Made by a program: the position numbers and the translations under genes
The notes under the pieces: generated by a model
The model's database searches: none
What the model was told of the DNA's origin: nothing
Seen by the model: only the letters and a program-made list of their open reading frames with translations
Assembly (NCBI GenBank): GCA_965215015.1
Contig: OZ244042.1
Location: 3,648,001-3,712,000 of the forward strand
Source: Candidatus Poribacteria bacterium
GTDB taxonomy: Bacteria > Poribacteria > WGA-4E > PCPOR2b
Reading direction: 5' to 3'
Length of the DNA: 64,000 bases
Part shown: positions 41,323 to 50,109 of the stretch, in pieces
Layout of the letters: the number at the start of each line of letters is the position of its first letter
How positions within the stretch are numbered: the first letter of the stretch is position 1

Positions 41323-42234
41323 CTATGGTTGGTAAGGTTTTCCAGTGCGGCGTAATTCTTTGGTTACCGCTAACTGGCAGGTCAAGTAGCCGCCCATATA
41401 GCCGGTGGCGAATCCGGGACGGGCATCTGCTATCGTGCCGACAATCATATTGGCGTATTCTACACTGGTGTCGTAGCGATCAACAATCAACGCTACCATC
41501 TCCGTCCAAGCGGATCTGAGCACCTCTGCCCAACTGTCGCCTCTAGCACTAGTGAGGTACTCTTCGGCACTTTCTACCACGCGGGTGGTTTCCACCACGG
41601 GGCTACTGTTGGGAAATCCGGGTGAGCGATCCACCTTGAGGGTAACAGCCGAGTCGATTTCAACCCCGGCACCGGTCAATTCACCGTCTCCCATACGGGC
41701 ATGAACATCGCCGAGGTAGAGGAAACCGCCGGGCTTCTGGGCGCGAATATGCACTGTGCTGCCAGGCTGGATGGCGTTGAAATCCATATTGCCGCCGTGG
41801 TCTATCTCGTTGGGAGCCCACGATTCAAGCTGAACAACCCCAATCATGGGCCTCACCGGTACAACGAAATCAGGTGGAAAATGGATGAGTCCATCGCGCA
41901 CCGGGGCTACGCAGCGCCAATTGCCCCAATTGGGACCACCATTGCGGTAGAAACCGTAGGGGCCCACCTCAATATTGATGATCTCGATGGATACCCAGTC
42001 GTCGGGCCCAATGCCCTCAATCTCGAAAGGACCACCGGGACGGGAATAGCGACGATGGTTTTCGCCGGAGGTTATCATCCCTGCCTTGGTTTCACCGGCA
42101 GCTTCAAAGTCGTTGTCTGCTCCACCTACAGTTTCAATGATAACGGTTTCTCCGAGTTCAAGGACACCCCGAACCTGTCCAATTTCGGGATCATCCGGGC
42201 CACTGTAACAGGGAGTTCGGTTAAAACGACGCAT
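41323..42234 (-). CDS. Acetamidase/formamidase family protein
   Basis: GP..IEG..P.D, PMIG, HGGNMD, GDVHA.MGDGE. Confidence 0.88.
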   Translation of the reverse strand: MRRFNRTPCYSGPDDPEIGQVRGVLELGETVIIETVGGADNDFEAAGETKAGMITSGENHRRYSRPGGPFEIEGIGPDDWVSIEIINIEVGPYGFYRNGGPNWGNWRCVAPVRDGLIHFPPDFVVPVRPMIGVVQLESWAPNEIDHGGNMDFNAIQPGSTVHIRAQKPGGFLYLGDVHARMGDGELTGAGVEIDSAVTLKVDRSPGFPNSSPVVETTRVVESAEEYLTSARGDSWAEVLRSAWTEMVALIVDRYDTSVEYANMIVGTIADARPGFATGYMGGYLTCQLAVTKELRRTGKPYQP

Positions 42235-42267
42235 AACAGTCTCTCCTTACTATATGTTATACTGCTC

Positions 42268-42397
42268 ACCACAGAGGGCACAGAGTCGTAGAGAAAACAA
42301 GAGAACGAGACCGCGCGAAAACGAGACAATTCTCTTTTCCATTTTCGCATTTTCCGGTTTTCCCTGTATTTCTCTGCGTCTTTCGCGTCTCTGTGGT
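42268..42397. repeat. ACCACAGAG...CTCTGTGGT palindromic intergenic element
   Basis: Terminal inverted repeat with 9-nt periodic arms between divergent genes. Confidence 0.65.
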
Positions 42398-42426
42398 TAG
42401 ATTTTTCCGTTTAACGAGGAAACACA

Positions 42427-43287
42427 ATGACGCTCACAATTAGGAAACTCGAAGAACATATCGGGGCAGAAGTTCAAGGGGTTGATATAACCTCGCCCAT
42501 TGATGCCGAGATATTTGAACAACTTCGGCAAGCGCTGTGTGAATATGCGGTGCTCGTATTCCATGATCAGGACATCACGGACGAACAGCACGCCACGTTC
42601 AGCGAAGGGTTTGGCTCGCTCGAAATGACAATGGCAAATGACCCTATCGGCGATGGTGGACCAATCGGGATCATTTCTAACCTTGACGAAAATGGCGACA
42701 TCATTCCGCCGGGGGATCCGCGGACGTTGTATACCGTTGCCAACACGCTTTGGCATTCTGATGGCTCGTTCAAACGGGTGCCTTTGCGTGGCTCATTGCT
42801 CTCTGCCAAGATCGTGCCCCCCGAAGGGGGTGAAACTGAATTTGCCAGTCTTACCGCCGCCTATGCGACGCTTCCCGATCAGAGGAAAGCAGAGATAGAG
42901 GAACTGATTGCCGAACATAGCCTTGCAAACTCGCGGGCGCAGATCGCTCCGAACCTGATGAGCGAAGCGTTCCAGAAGGACACACCTCCGGTCAATCAAC
43001 GCTTGGTACGCACCATCCCCGAAACTGGAAAGAAAGCCCTTTTGGTCGGCTCGTACACCACCCGCGTTCATGGCTTGCCAATCGAACAAGGCAGAACCCT
43101 GTTGAGGGAGCTGCTCGAATGGTCAACTCAGCCGCAGCTTGTATATCGCCACACATGGCGGGTGAACGACCTGGTTGTGTATGACAACCGTTGCTGCCTA
43201 CACCGGGGACGGTCTTGGGACCGCGGAAAATACAAGCGCGTTCTACACCGCACGACCTTAGCCGGTGACGGTCCCACAGTTGAATGA
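42427..43287 (+). CDS. TauD/TfdA family 2-oxoglutarate dioxygenase
   Basis: IGAEVQGVD, WHSD, P..GGETEF, W...D...YDNR...H, R..HR.T. Confidence 0.92.
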   Translation: MTLTIRKLEEHIGAEVQGVDITSPIDAEIFEQLRQALCEYAVLVFHDQDITDEQHATFSEGFGSLEMTMANDPIGDGGPIGIISNLDENGDIIPPGDPRTLYTVANTLWHSDGSFKRVPLRGSLLSAKIVPPEGGETEFASLTAAYATLPDQRKAEIEELIAEHSLANSRAQIAPNLMSEAFQKDTPPVNQRLVRTIPETGKKALLVGSYTTRVHGLPIEQGRTLLRELLEWSTQPQLVYRHTWRVNDLVVYDNRCCLHRGRSWDRGKYKRVLHRTTLAGDGPTVE

Positions 43288-43307
43288 GATCAAACCAAAG
43301 CCTCATT

Positions 43308-43577
43308 TCACGGAGAACGTTGCGGCACAATTTGAACCTCGGATCGTACGATTCGATTGCCGCCCTCCTGATAGGCGTCAAACGTTCCCTCCTGATAGAC
43401 AACCCCAAACCTTGACTCCAGGTGTGGTCCTTCCCTGTATGTCATGTACCAATTCCCGTTTTTGGATTTATATAGAAAGGGAAAGTGTAATTGCTCGTCC
43501 GGGATACCGTACAATCCTGAATTTGATAGCAGCACATCGCGCCTGACTAGCTCAATTGTGCCTTCTATACCACTCAT
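43308..43577 (-). pseudogene. Probable truncated gene (BNR/sialidase-like N-terminus)
   Basis: HFPFLYKSKNGNWYMTYREGPH resembles a beta-propeller glycosidase start; only 89 aa. Confidence 0.3.
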
Positions 43578-43795
43578 CGGTACCCTCTTCAGTCTTCATA
43601 TCTTGCCCCTATTCTGGAAAGATACAAGTGCCATTTTACTCATTTTCCACGTCCTCGTCAATAAAAATCTCGGACCGATTCGGAGAATCGCATCTGTTAT
43701 AGGAATTGGCAGTTGAGCAATCAGAACGATGGGCTAAGCCCCGTCGTAGCGCAAGTTTGCTAACCTCAATTTCATCGAGGGCAGATTGCAGCGCA

Positions 43796-43889
43796 GAGGT
43801 ATTTTACCATATCTGACAACCCTTGCTCACATCTATACCTCTCAAAAACAACCAACATTACACCTCTCAAAAAAATGGAGGTAAGTCAG
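43796..43889 (-). mobile_element. Solo 94-bp left end of the IS4-like element
   Basis: Reverse complement similar to 35259-35352. Confidence 0.85.
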
Positions 43890-44037
43890 CAATCTTTGTG
43901 CTTGATTTTTCTAGCGGATAATGCTACATTTGTGCCTGTCTTCAACTTGATTGGGGATCGGAGTCAAATCCGTGTCTTCACGGGAGGAACATCTTTTTAT
44001 ACATGACCTACTACGCTTGATACATGAGGGAGGAGAC

Positions 44038-45675
44038 ATGCAATCACCACACGGAATTAAATTTTCAGGATTTCGACCCTCTGCGATGGGCAGAAACGGC
44101 ATGGTAACATCGGGACACATGCTTGCATCACAGGCAGGGATTCAGGCAATCTCGGCAGGCGGGAATGCCGTTGATGCCGCTGTCGCAACGGCAGCAGCGT
44201 TGGGCGTCGTTGAACCGGCGGGATCCGGCGTCGGCGGGGATGGATTTATCCTGATTTACTGGGCGGAAACGGGTACGGTAACGGGGGTGAATGCGACAGG
44301 GCCCGCACCTTACGCAGCAACACGCGAATTGTACCTGCGGGAGGGCGGGATTCCGATGAAGGGCATCCGCAGCGTCTCCGTGCCCGGTATAGTCGATGGA
44401 TGGCTTAAAGCCCACGAGTGCTACGGCGCGCTTAAACTGGAGCAGGCATTTGAACCAGCAATTTCGCTCTGCGAAAACGGTTTTCCTATCAGCCACAATC
44501 TTGCCGGCGGGCTCAAAGGCGAAAATCCGCGCTTCGCTCACGACCCATACACGCGCCCGATATTTACCAATGACGGCAACCCACCTAAACCGGGAGAAGT
44601 CATCTACAACACGAATCTTGGGAGAACTTTGCGAAAAATCGCCAAGGATGGACGTGGGACCCTCTACGAAGGTGAAATTGCCAGAGCAATCGTGGAATTT
44701 AGCGAAAAATATAAGGGTTTGCTAACTGAGAAGGACCTCGCAGATTACCACGCCCGTTGGAGTGAGCCTATCCACACCAACTATCGGGGGTATGAGGTTT
44801 ATGAGATGCCACCCAATTCAAGTGGGCATATTTTATTGCAGGAATTAAACATTGTCGAACTGTTCGATCTGAAATCAATGGGCTGCAACACCGCTGAAAG
44901 CGTACACCTGATGGTTGAAGCGAAAAAACTCTCGTTTGCAGACCGGGAGAAATATATGGCAGATCCGGATTGGGTTGATGTTCCTATCAAAGGCATGTTG
45001 TCCAAAGATTACGCTAAAAAACAGGCCGAACGCATCGATCTCAACCGAGCGGCGACGGATGTTCCCGCTGGAGGGCCCGAACAATTTGAGGATACCACCT
45101 GTTTCTGTACGGCGGACGGGGCGGGAAATGCCGTCTGCGTGTTGCAAAGCATACAATCTGGATTCGGCTCAAGCCTCATCGCAGGAGACACAGGTATCTT
45201 GCTCAATAACCGAATGACGTATTGGCATCTTGAGGCAGACCATCCGAATTGCCTCATGCCCGGCAAGCGGGTCCGGCACACCATGAACCCTGTGATTGTA
45301 ACAAAAGAGGGCAAACCCTTCCTAATCTGTGGGACACCGGGCGCAGACACACAGGTACAAACCAACCTTCAGTTGATTACTCACGTCCTCGATTTCGGAA
45401 TGACGCCGCAGGAAGCTGTTGAAGCACCACGTTGGCGTAACCTCCAAAACCCGATGGAGTCAACCATACCGCACACCTGTGAGGACGCACTTCAGTTAGA
45501 AAGACGATTCCCGGAAGATGTCCGCAGCGAGCTCGCCCAACGAGGACATGAACTTCAGATTTTGGGGGATTGGGCTGGACCCGGCAGTGCACAGGCGATT
45601 CGGATTGATCCTGATTCAAAGGCACTCATCGGCGGATCGGACCCACGACGGGATGGTTATGCAGTGGGTTGGTAG
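44038..45675 (+). CDS. ggt: Gamma-glutamyltransferase family protein
   Basis: GGNAVDAA, SG.GGDGF, SVPG, PPNS.G, DTT nucleophile, LNNR, PGKR..HT, GTPG, GGSDPRRDG; GGAGG RBS before ATG 44038. Confidence 0.9.
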   Translation: MQSPHGIKFSGFRPSAMGRNGMVTSGHMLASQAGIQAISAGGNAVDAAVATAAALGVVEPAGSGVGGDGFILIYWAETGTVTGVNATGPAPYAATRELYLREGGIPMKGIRSVSVPGIVDGWLKAHECYGALKLEQAFEPAISLCENGFPISHNLAGGLKGENPRFAHDPYTRPIFTNDGNPPKPGEVIYNTNLGRTLRKIAKDGRGTLYEGEIARAIVEFSEKYKGLLTEKDLADYHARWSEPIHTNYRGYEVYEMPPNSSGHILLQELNIVELFDLKSMGCNTAESVHLMVEAKKLSFADREKYMADPDWVDVPIKGMLSKDYAKKQAERIDLNRAATDVPAGGPEQFEDTTCFCTADGAGNAVCVLQSIQSGFGSSLIAGDTGILLNNRMTYWHLEADHPNCLMPGKRVRHTMNPVIVTKEGKPFLICGTPGADTQVQTNLQLITHVLDFGMTPQEAVEAPRWRNLQNPMESTIPHTCEDALQLERRFPEDVRSELAQRGHELQILGDWAGPGSAQAIRIDPDSKALIGGSDPRRDGYAVGW

Positions 45676-45852
45676 GAGGAACAAATGTAGGGGCAGATCT
45701 TGTCCCTACCTAGCTGCAATCTGTCAAATATCAACAAAACCGAGATAACCTGTAGATCGAGCTTCCATACTCGATACCCAAATGTCAATGGACCCTAACC
45801 GCATCACACCGTAATTGTACCTTGCGGACATTATAAAACCGGAGCCCGAACC

Positions 45853-47775
45853 ATGAAGATTTTTGTGCCAGGCCGCATCTGCCTCTTTGGTGAACATACC
45901 GATTGGGCGGGCGGCTACCGTCGCACTAATGCCGATTTAGAAAAGGGGTACGCAATCATCGCCAGTACGAATCAGGGGCTTTATGCCGAGGTCAATTCCC
46001 ACCCAACCAAACTGATTCTACGAACGACACTAAGCGATGGCACACGCATCGAACCTTTTGAAGTCCCCATGGAAAGCGAGGCTCTTCTCACTGAAGCAGA
46101 AAACGGCAGCTTCTTCAGTTATGCCGCCGGGGTTGCTTACCAGATTCTGACCCATTATCAGGTGCATGGGCTTGAAATTAATAATTATCTGACCGACCTT
46201 CCTGCAAAGAAAGGGCTTGCGTCCAGTGCTGCAACCTGTGTTCTTGTTGCCCGCGCATTCAATCGGATTTATGATTTGAAGATGACCGTCCGCGGCGAAA
46301 TGGAATACGCTTACATCGGCGAAATTACCACCCCGTCCCGCTGTGGGCGGATGGATCAAGGCTGCGCTTACGGAAATCGCCCCATTATGATGACCTTTGA
46401 CAGCGATCGGATTGATGTCCAAGAGATTAACGTGTCGAGAGACCTATACTTCGTCATCGTCGATCTGGGGGCAGGCAAGGATACAAGACAGATACTTAAC
46501 CGACTCAACCACTGTTACCCCTTTGCTGAAAATGAGATGCAAAGGAATGTTCAAAAATACCTCGGCCCAATCAGTACAAGGATAACACACGAAGCATACG
46601 AGGCATTACATCAAGGCGATGCCCTAAGGGTCGGGCAATTGATGAAAAAGGCGCAGGCGGAATTTGACAAGCACCTTCAACCTGCTTGTCCGTCGCAACT
46701 AACGGCACCTGTGCTGCATAAAGTTCTCAATTACGGACCTATCCAGCCATACATACTGGGGGGGAAAGGTGTCGGTTCGCAAGGAGATGGCACCGCACAA
46801 TTTATCGTCAAGGATCAGGAGAGCCAACACAAGGCAATCGAAATCATCGAGCGTGATCTGAAGATGTCCTGTCTGAAACTAGTTGTTCAGGCAGGGCGAC
46901 GTGTGCGAAAAGCGGTGATTCCTGCCGCCGGTTTTGGCACCCGTTTATTCCCAGCCTCCAAGGCGATAAAGAAGGAACTTTTCCCTATTATCGATCAGTC
47001 CGGCAAACCGAAGCCGGTCATCATGGCAATTGTCGAGGAAGCGATCAACGCTGGCATCGAGGAGGTTTGCCTTGTTGTGCAGCGCAGAGACCGGGAACTC
47101 TTTGAACAGTTTTTCAAGAACCCTCCGCTGATTGAGAATTTCAACAAGCTACCGCAGGAAGATCAGGAGTATTCCCAATACCTGATGGACTTAGGGAAGC
47201 GGATTGAGTTTGTGACTCAAGATGTTCAGGAGGGCTTTGGACACGCTGTTTTTTGCACGCGGGAATGGGTCAACGACGAGCCATTTTTGCTAATGCTGGG
47301 AGACCACCTCTATGCATCCGATAATAAGGTTTCGTGTGCACGGCAGATTTTAGACGTCTATAATCAAGTCGAGCATAGCGTGGTTGGGTTAAAAGCTACA
47401 CCTGCAGACCAACTTCACAACTTTGGTTGCGTAACCGGCACTTGGCAGAAATCAGACACAATTCTTTCAATAACAGAATTCTGTGAAAAACCCAGTGTCG
47501 AGTATGCCCGACAGCATCTTCATGTAGAGGGAATGGACGAAGATAACTTCCTGACTGTGTCCGGCATGTATGTATTGGTGCCAGAAATCTTCGACTACCT
47601 TGAAGAAAACATTACCCATAGCCTCCGGGAACGGGGTGAATTTCAGCTGACCTCCTGTCTAGACAAATTGCGGAAAGAGGATAACTTTTCCGGCTACGTT
47701 GTTAAAGGCAGATGCTTCGATATCGGTGTCCCGGAGGCGTATCGACAAGCAATGATTGATTATCGAAATGCCTGA
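45853..47775 (+). CDS. Bifunctional GHMP sugar kinase / GalU-like nucleotidyltransferase
   Basis: N-terminal PGRICLFGEH.D, P.KKGLASSA, CGRMDQ; C-terminal KAVIPAAGFGTRLFP.SK..KKE, Q..QEGFGHAV, LGD, E.QLT. Confidence 0.9.
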   Translation: MKIFVPGRICLFGEHTDWAGGYRRTNADLEKGYAIIASTNQGLYAEVNSHPTKLILRTTLSDGTRIEPFEVPMESEALLTEAENGSFFSYAAGVAYQILTHYQVHGLEINNYLTDLPAKKGLASSAATCVLVARAFNRIYDLKMTVRGEMEYAYIGEITTPSRCGRMDQGCAYGNRPIMMTFDSDRIDVQEINVSRDLYFVIVDLGAGKDTRQILNRLNHCYPFAENEMQRNVQKYLGPISTRITHEAYEALHQGDALRVGQLMKKAQAEFDKHLQPACPSQLTAPVLHKVLNYGPIQPYILGGKGVGSQGDGTAQFIVKDQESQHKAIEIIERDLKMSCLKLVVQAGRRVRKAVIPAAGFGTRLFPASKAIKKELFPIIDQSGKPKPVIMAIVEEAINAGIEEVCLVVQRRDRELFEQFFKNPPLIENFNKLPQEDQEYSQYLMDLGKRIEFVTQDVQEGFGHAVFCTREWVNDEPFLLMLGDHLYASDNKVSCARQILDVYNQVEHSVVGLKATPADQLHNFGCVTGTWQKSDTILSITEFCEKPSVEYARQHLHVEGMDEDNFLTVSGMYVLVPEIFDYLEENITHSLRERGEFQLTSCLDKLRKEDNFSGYVVKGRCFDIGVPEAYRQAMIDYRNA

Positions 47776-47935
47776 TTCAGAGGCAGACAATAAGAATAGA
47801 ATCGCCCAAATTGCTTTGAACTCTCGGCGAAGTCGTAGCCGGGTGGGATTGATCACTAGCAACTTTGGTTAAGATAACAGAAGGTAGAGATGCAGTGCGT
47901 TCTAACCCCGCATCTTTTCCCAGAAAGGAAGACCG

Positions 47936-48802
47936 ATGCTGACACTTGAATCGATTGATGATGGATTGGGCTTAACTTGGAATGGGCAGACGCTGCTCAA
48001 CTATCACTTCCAAACGGGTGGACAACGAACCTATTGGCAACCGCTTCGACTGCCGGACTCGCCGCCGCTCACAATGGACCAACCCGAAGATCATATCCAC
48101 CATCAGGGGATGTGGATCGCGTGGAAAAAGGTCAACGGTGTGAACTTCTGGGAACAACCGAAGCCGGGCGAAGCCCCCACAGGGTTCGGGAGAATTGCTC
48201 ACCAACGGTGCATAGAGCAGGCCGCCGATGTAGAGCGAGCCCAATTCACAGTCGAGAATGCCTGGATCGATTGGCAGAATGTGACCCATCTCACGGAGAT
48301 TCGTCGGACAACCGTGTTTCCGCCGAAAGCGGATCATTTGGTAGTTGATGTGCGATTCCAATTTCAACCCCATGGACGCGAGGTGACGTTAGATCTTAAT
48401 CGCGGAGAGCCCGGGCAGGGGGGATTGTTTTACAGCGGCTTGACTATTCGATTTGACAACGCACTCACGCCGGGGCGGTTGTTAGACAGCGAAGGACGCA
48501 CTGAACCGATGCACATCTTTGGGAGGCAGAGCCGGTGGTGCGGTTTCGCTGGAACACATGCGGAAGATGGCGATGTTTACGGGGCGACGATTATTGATCA
48601 TCCTTCCAACACGCGTTATCCAACGACGTGGTGGGTGCGGAACCGAGAGAACTACGGTATACTCCACCCGTCACCGGCTTATTATGAGCCGTTCCAGCTC
48701 ACACAAGACGAGCAACTTGAATTTCAGTATCGCGTTGTGCTCCACAAGGGCTATGTCAATCCAGATTTAATTGAGCACAAGGTTCAGGAACTCAGCGGTT
48801 AA
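47936..48802 (+). CDS. PmoA-like/DUF6807 family protein
   Basis: P.DH.HH.G.W, NFWE, YSGL..R, DHP.N..YPT.W..R. Confidence 0.7.
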   Translation: MLTLESIDDGLGLTWNGQTLLNYHFQTGGQRTYWQPLRLPDSPPLTMDQPEDHIHHQGMWIAWKKVNGVNFWEQPKPGEAPTGFGRIAHQRCIEQAADVERAQFTVENAWIDWQNVTHLTEIRRTTVFPPKADHLVVDVRFQFQPHGREVTLDLNRGEPGQGGLFYSGLTIRFDNALTPGRLLDSEGRTEPMHIFGRQSRWCGFAGTHAEDGDVYGATIIDHPSNTRYPTTWWVRNRENYGILHPSPAYYEPFQLTQDEQLEFQYRVVLHKGYVNPDLIEHKVQELSG

Positions 48803-48852
48803 GCCACTTATTGAATTGATAAATCCACGTTTCAGAAACAACTTCTTTCTAT

Positions 48853-48950
48853 ATTATAACCCAAGTTACTACTCATAGGAAACGCTGCAAACCGGGAATG
48901 GGACACACATATCGCCCGCTAGGACTTTAGGGGGCAACTCGGGTTATAAT
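48853..48950. repeat. ~98-bp element with 15-bp terminal inverted repeats
   Basis: ATTATAACCCAAGTT ... AACTCGGGTTATAAT (14/15 match). Confidence 0.6.
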
Positions 48951-49002
48951 AAAAGAACGAGGTGGAGAATCCACTTCTGATATTACCTTCTAGGAGGTTC
49001 GC

Positions 49003-49485
49003 ATGAAAATTGGTGTTTTTTCAGACACTCATGACAACGTTCCAATGGTCAAGAAAGCTGTCGAACTGTTCAACCGCGAAGGGGTTGAATTGGTCATACA
49101 TGCCGGCGATTTCATTGCACCATTCGTGGTAGCAGCGATGTCAGAACTCAGGTGTCGAGCCGTCGGCGTCTTCGGTAACAACGATGGAGAGCGGATCCGG
49201 CTCGCCAACCGATTTGAGGAAGTCGGTGAGATTCACCCCAATCTTGCAAGCGTAGAGGTCGGAGGGCGTAAGATCGCCGCAATGCACTACCCGGAGCTGG
49301 CCGAACCGATCGCGAAAAGCGGCGAGTACGACATTGTCATCTATGGACATACCCATGAGATCGATGTTCGTAACGAAGGTACACTCCTCCTGAACCCCGG
49401 CGAGACAGGGGGGTGGACAACCGGCAAATCCACAGTTGCCATTGTGGATCTGGATTCGTTGGAGGTTGAGATTCGGGATTTGTGA
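49003..49485 (+). CDS. YfcE/MJ0936-family metallophosphoesterase
   Basis: SDTHDN, HAGD, GNND, GHTH, NPG. Confidence 0.92.
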   Translation: MKIGVFSDTHDNVPMVKKAVELFNREGVELVIHAGDFIAPFVVAAMSELRCRAVGVFGNNDGERIRLANRFEEVGEIHPNLASVEVGGRKIAAMHYPELAEPIAKSGEYDIVIYGHTHEIDVRNEGTLLLNPGETGGWTTGKSTVAIVDLDSLEVEIRDL

Positions 49486-49662
49486 AAGTGAGTTAATCCG
49501 GTAAAGGTGATGCACACAGCAGCACAGGTCATCTGTCAGGTGTATAACCCACACACTGTGAGGGACTCACCCAACGATTAGGTCGGCATCTTGCCCGCCC
49601 TATAGCCCAGTAGATGTCGAGTATCGAAACTAGATCTACAGGCTATCTGACAACTTGGTTAG

Positions 49663-50109
49663 TATAAACGTCCACTTGATCACACATTGCCAGCTGTGTT
49701 TTTATGGCCCCTGACAACCGGAAATGCAACGCTGCTATGTCGAGAACATAATGGCGAGAAATCCGGCAATTGGCCCTCAGCATACCACTCAGAAGACGAG
49801 TTAAAAGCTCTTGCTGTCCTGACAGGTATTCAATACGAAACACTTGCTGGGCCACCGCACTATAATCCTGAAGCGATTGAACGCCTCAAGAGCTCTGAAC
49901 AGGTCGATCTACTCTTGACAAAATACGCGGCCTATATGCCAGAAATTATCAAGCTACGCAATCGGGTTTTAGAACATGAAGGGGTTGATTTTTTTCAGTA
50001 TGCAACAACCATTTCGCCCGCTTGGATTCGTCAAGCCGATCAGCAGTATCAGCAAGGGCGGGATCGGTCCGTGGGCCCTAATACAAAACAAGATACTGAT
50101 GAGACGTAA
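49663..50109 (+). pseudogene. 5'-truncated HNH endonuclease (probable restriction enzyme remnant)
   Basis: In-frame YKRPLDHTLP...GNATLLCREHNGEKS HNH-like motif directly after a TAG; no credible start; convergent with the MTase. Confidence 0.6.

Noticed and set aside
47936-48802. Methane monooxygenase
   Set aside because: Soluble PmoA-like/DUF6807 protein with no TM helices and no pmoB/pmoC; the family name is misleading
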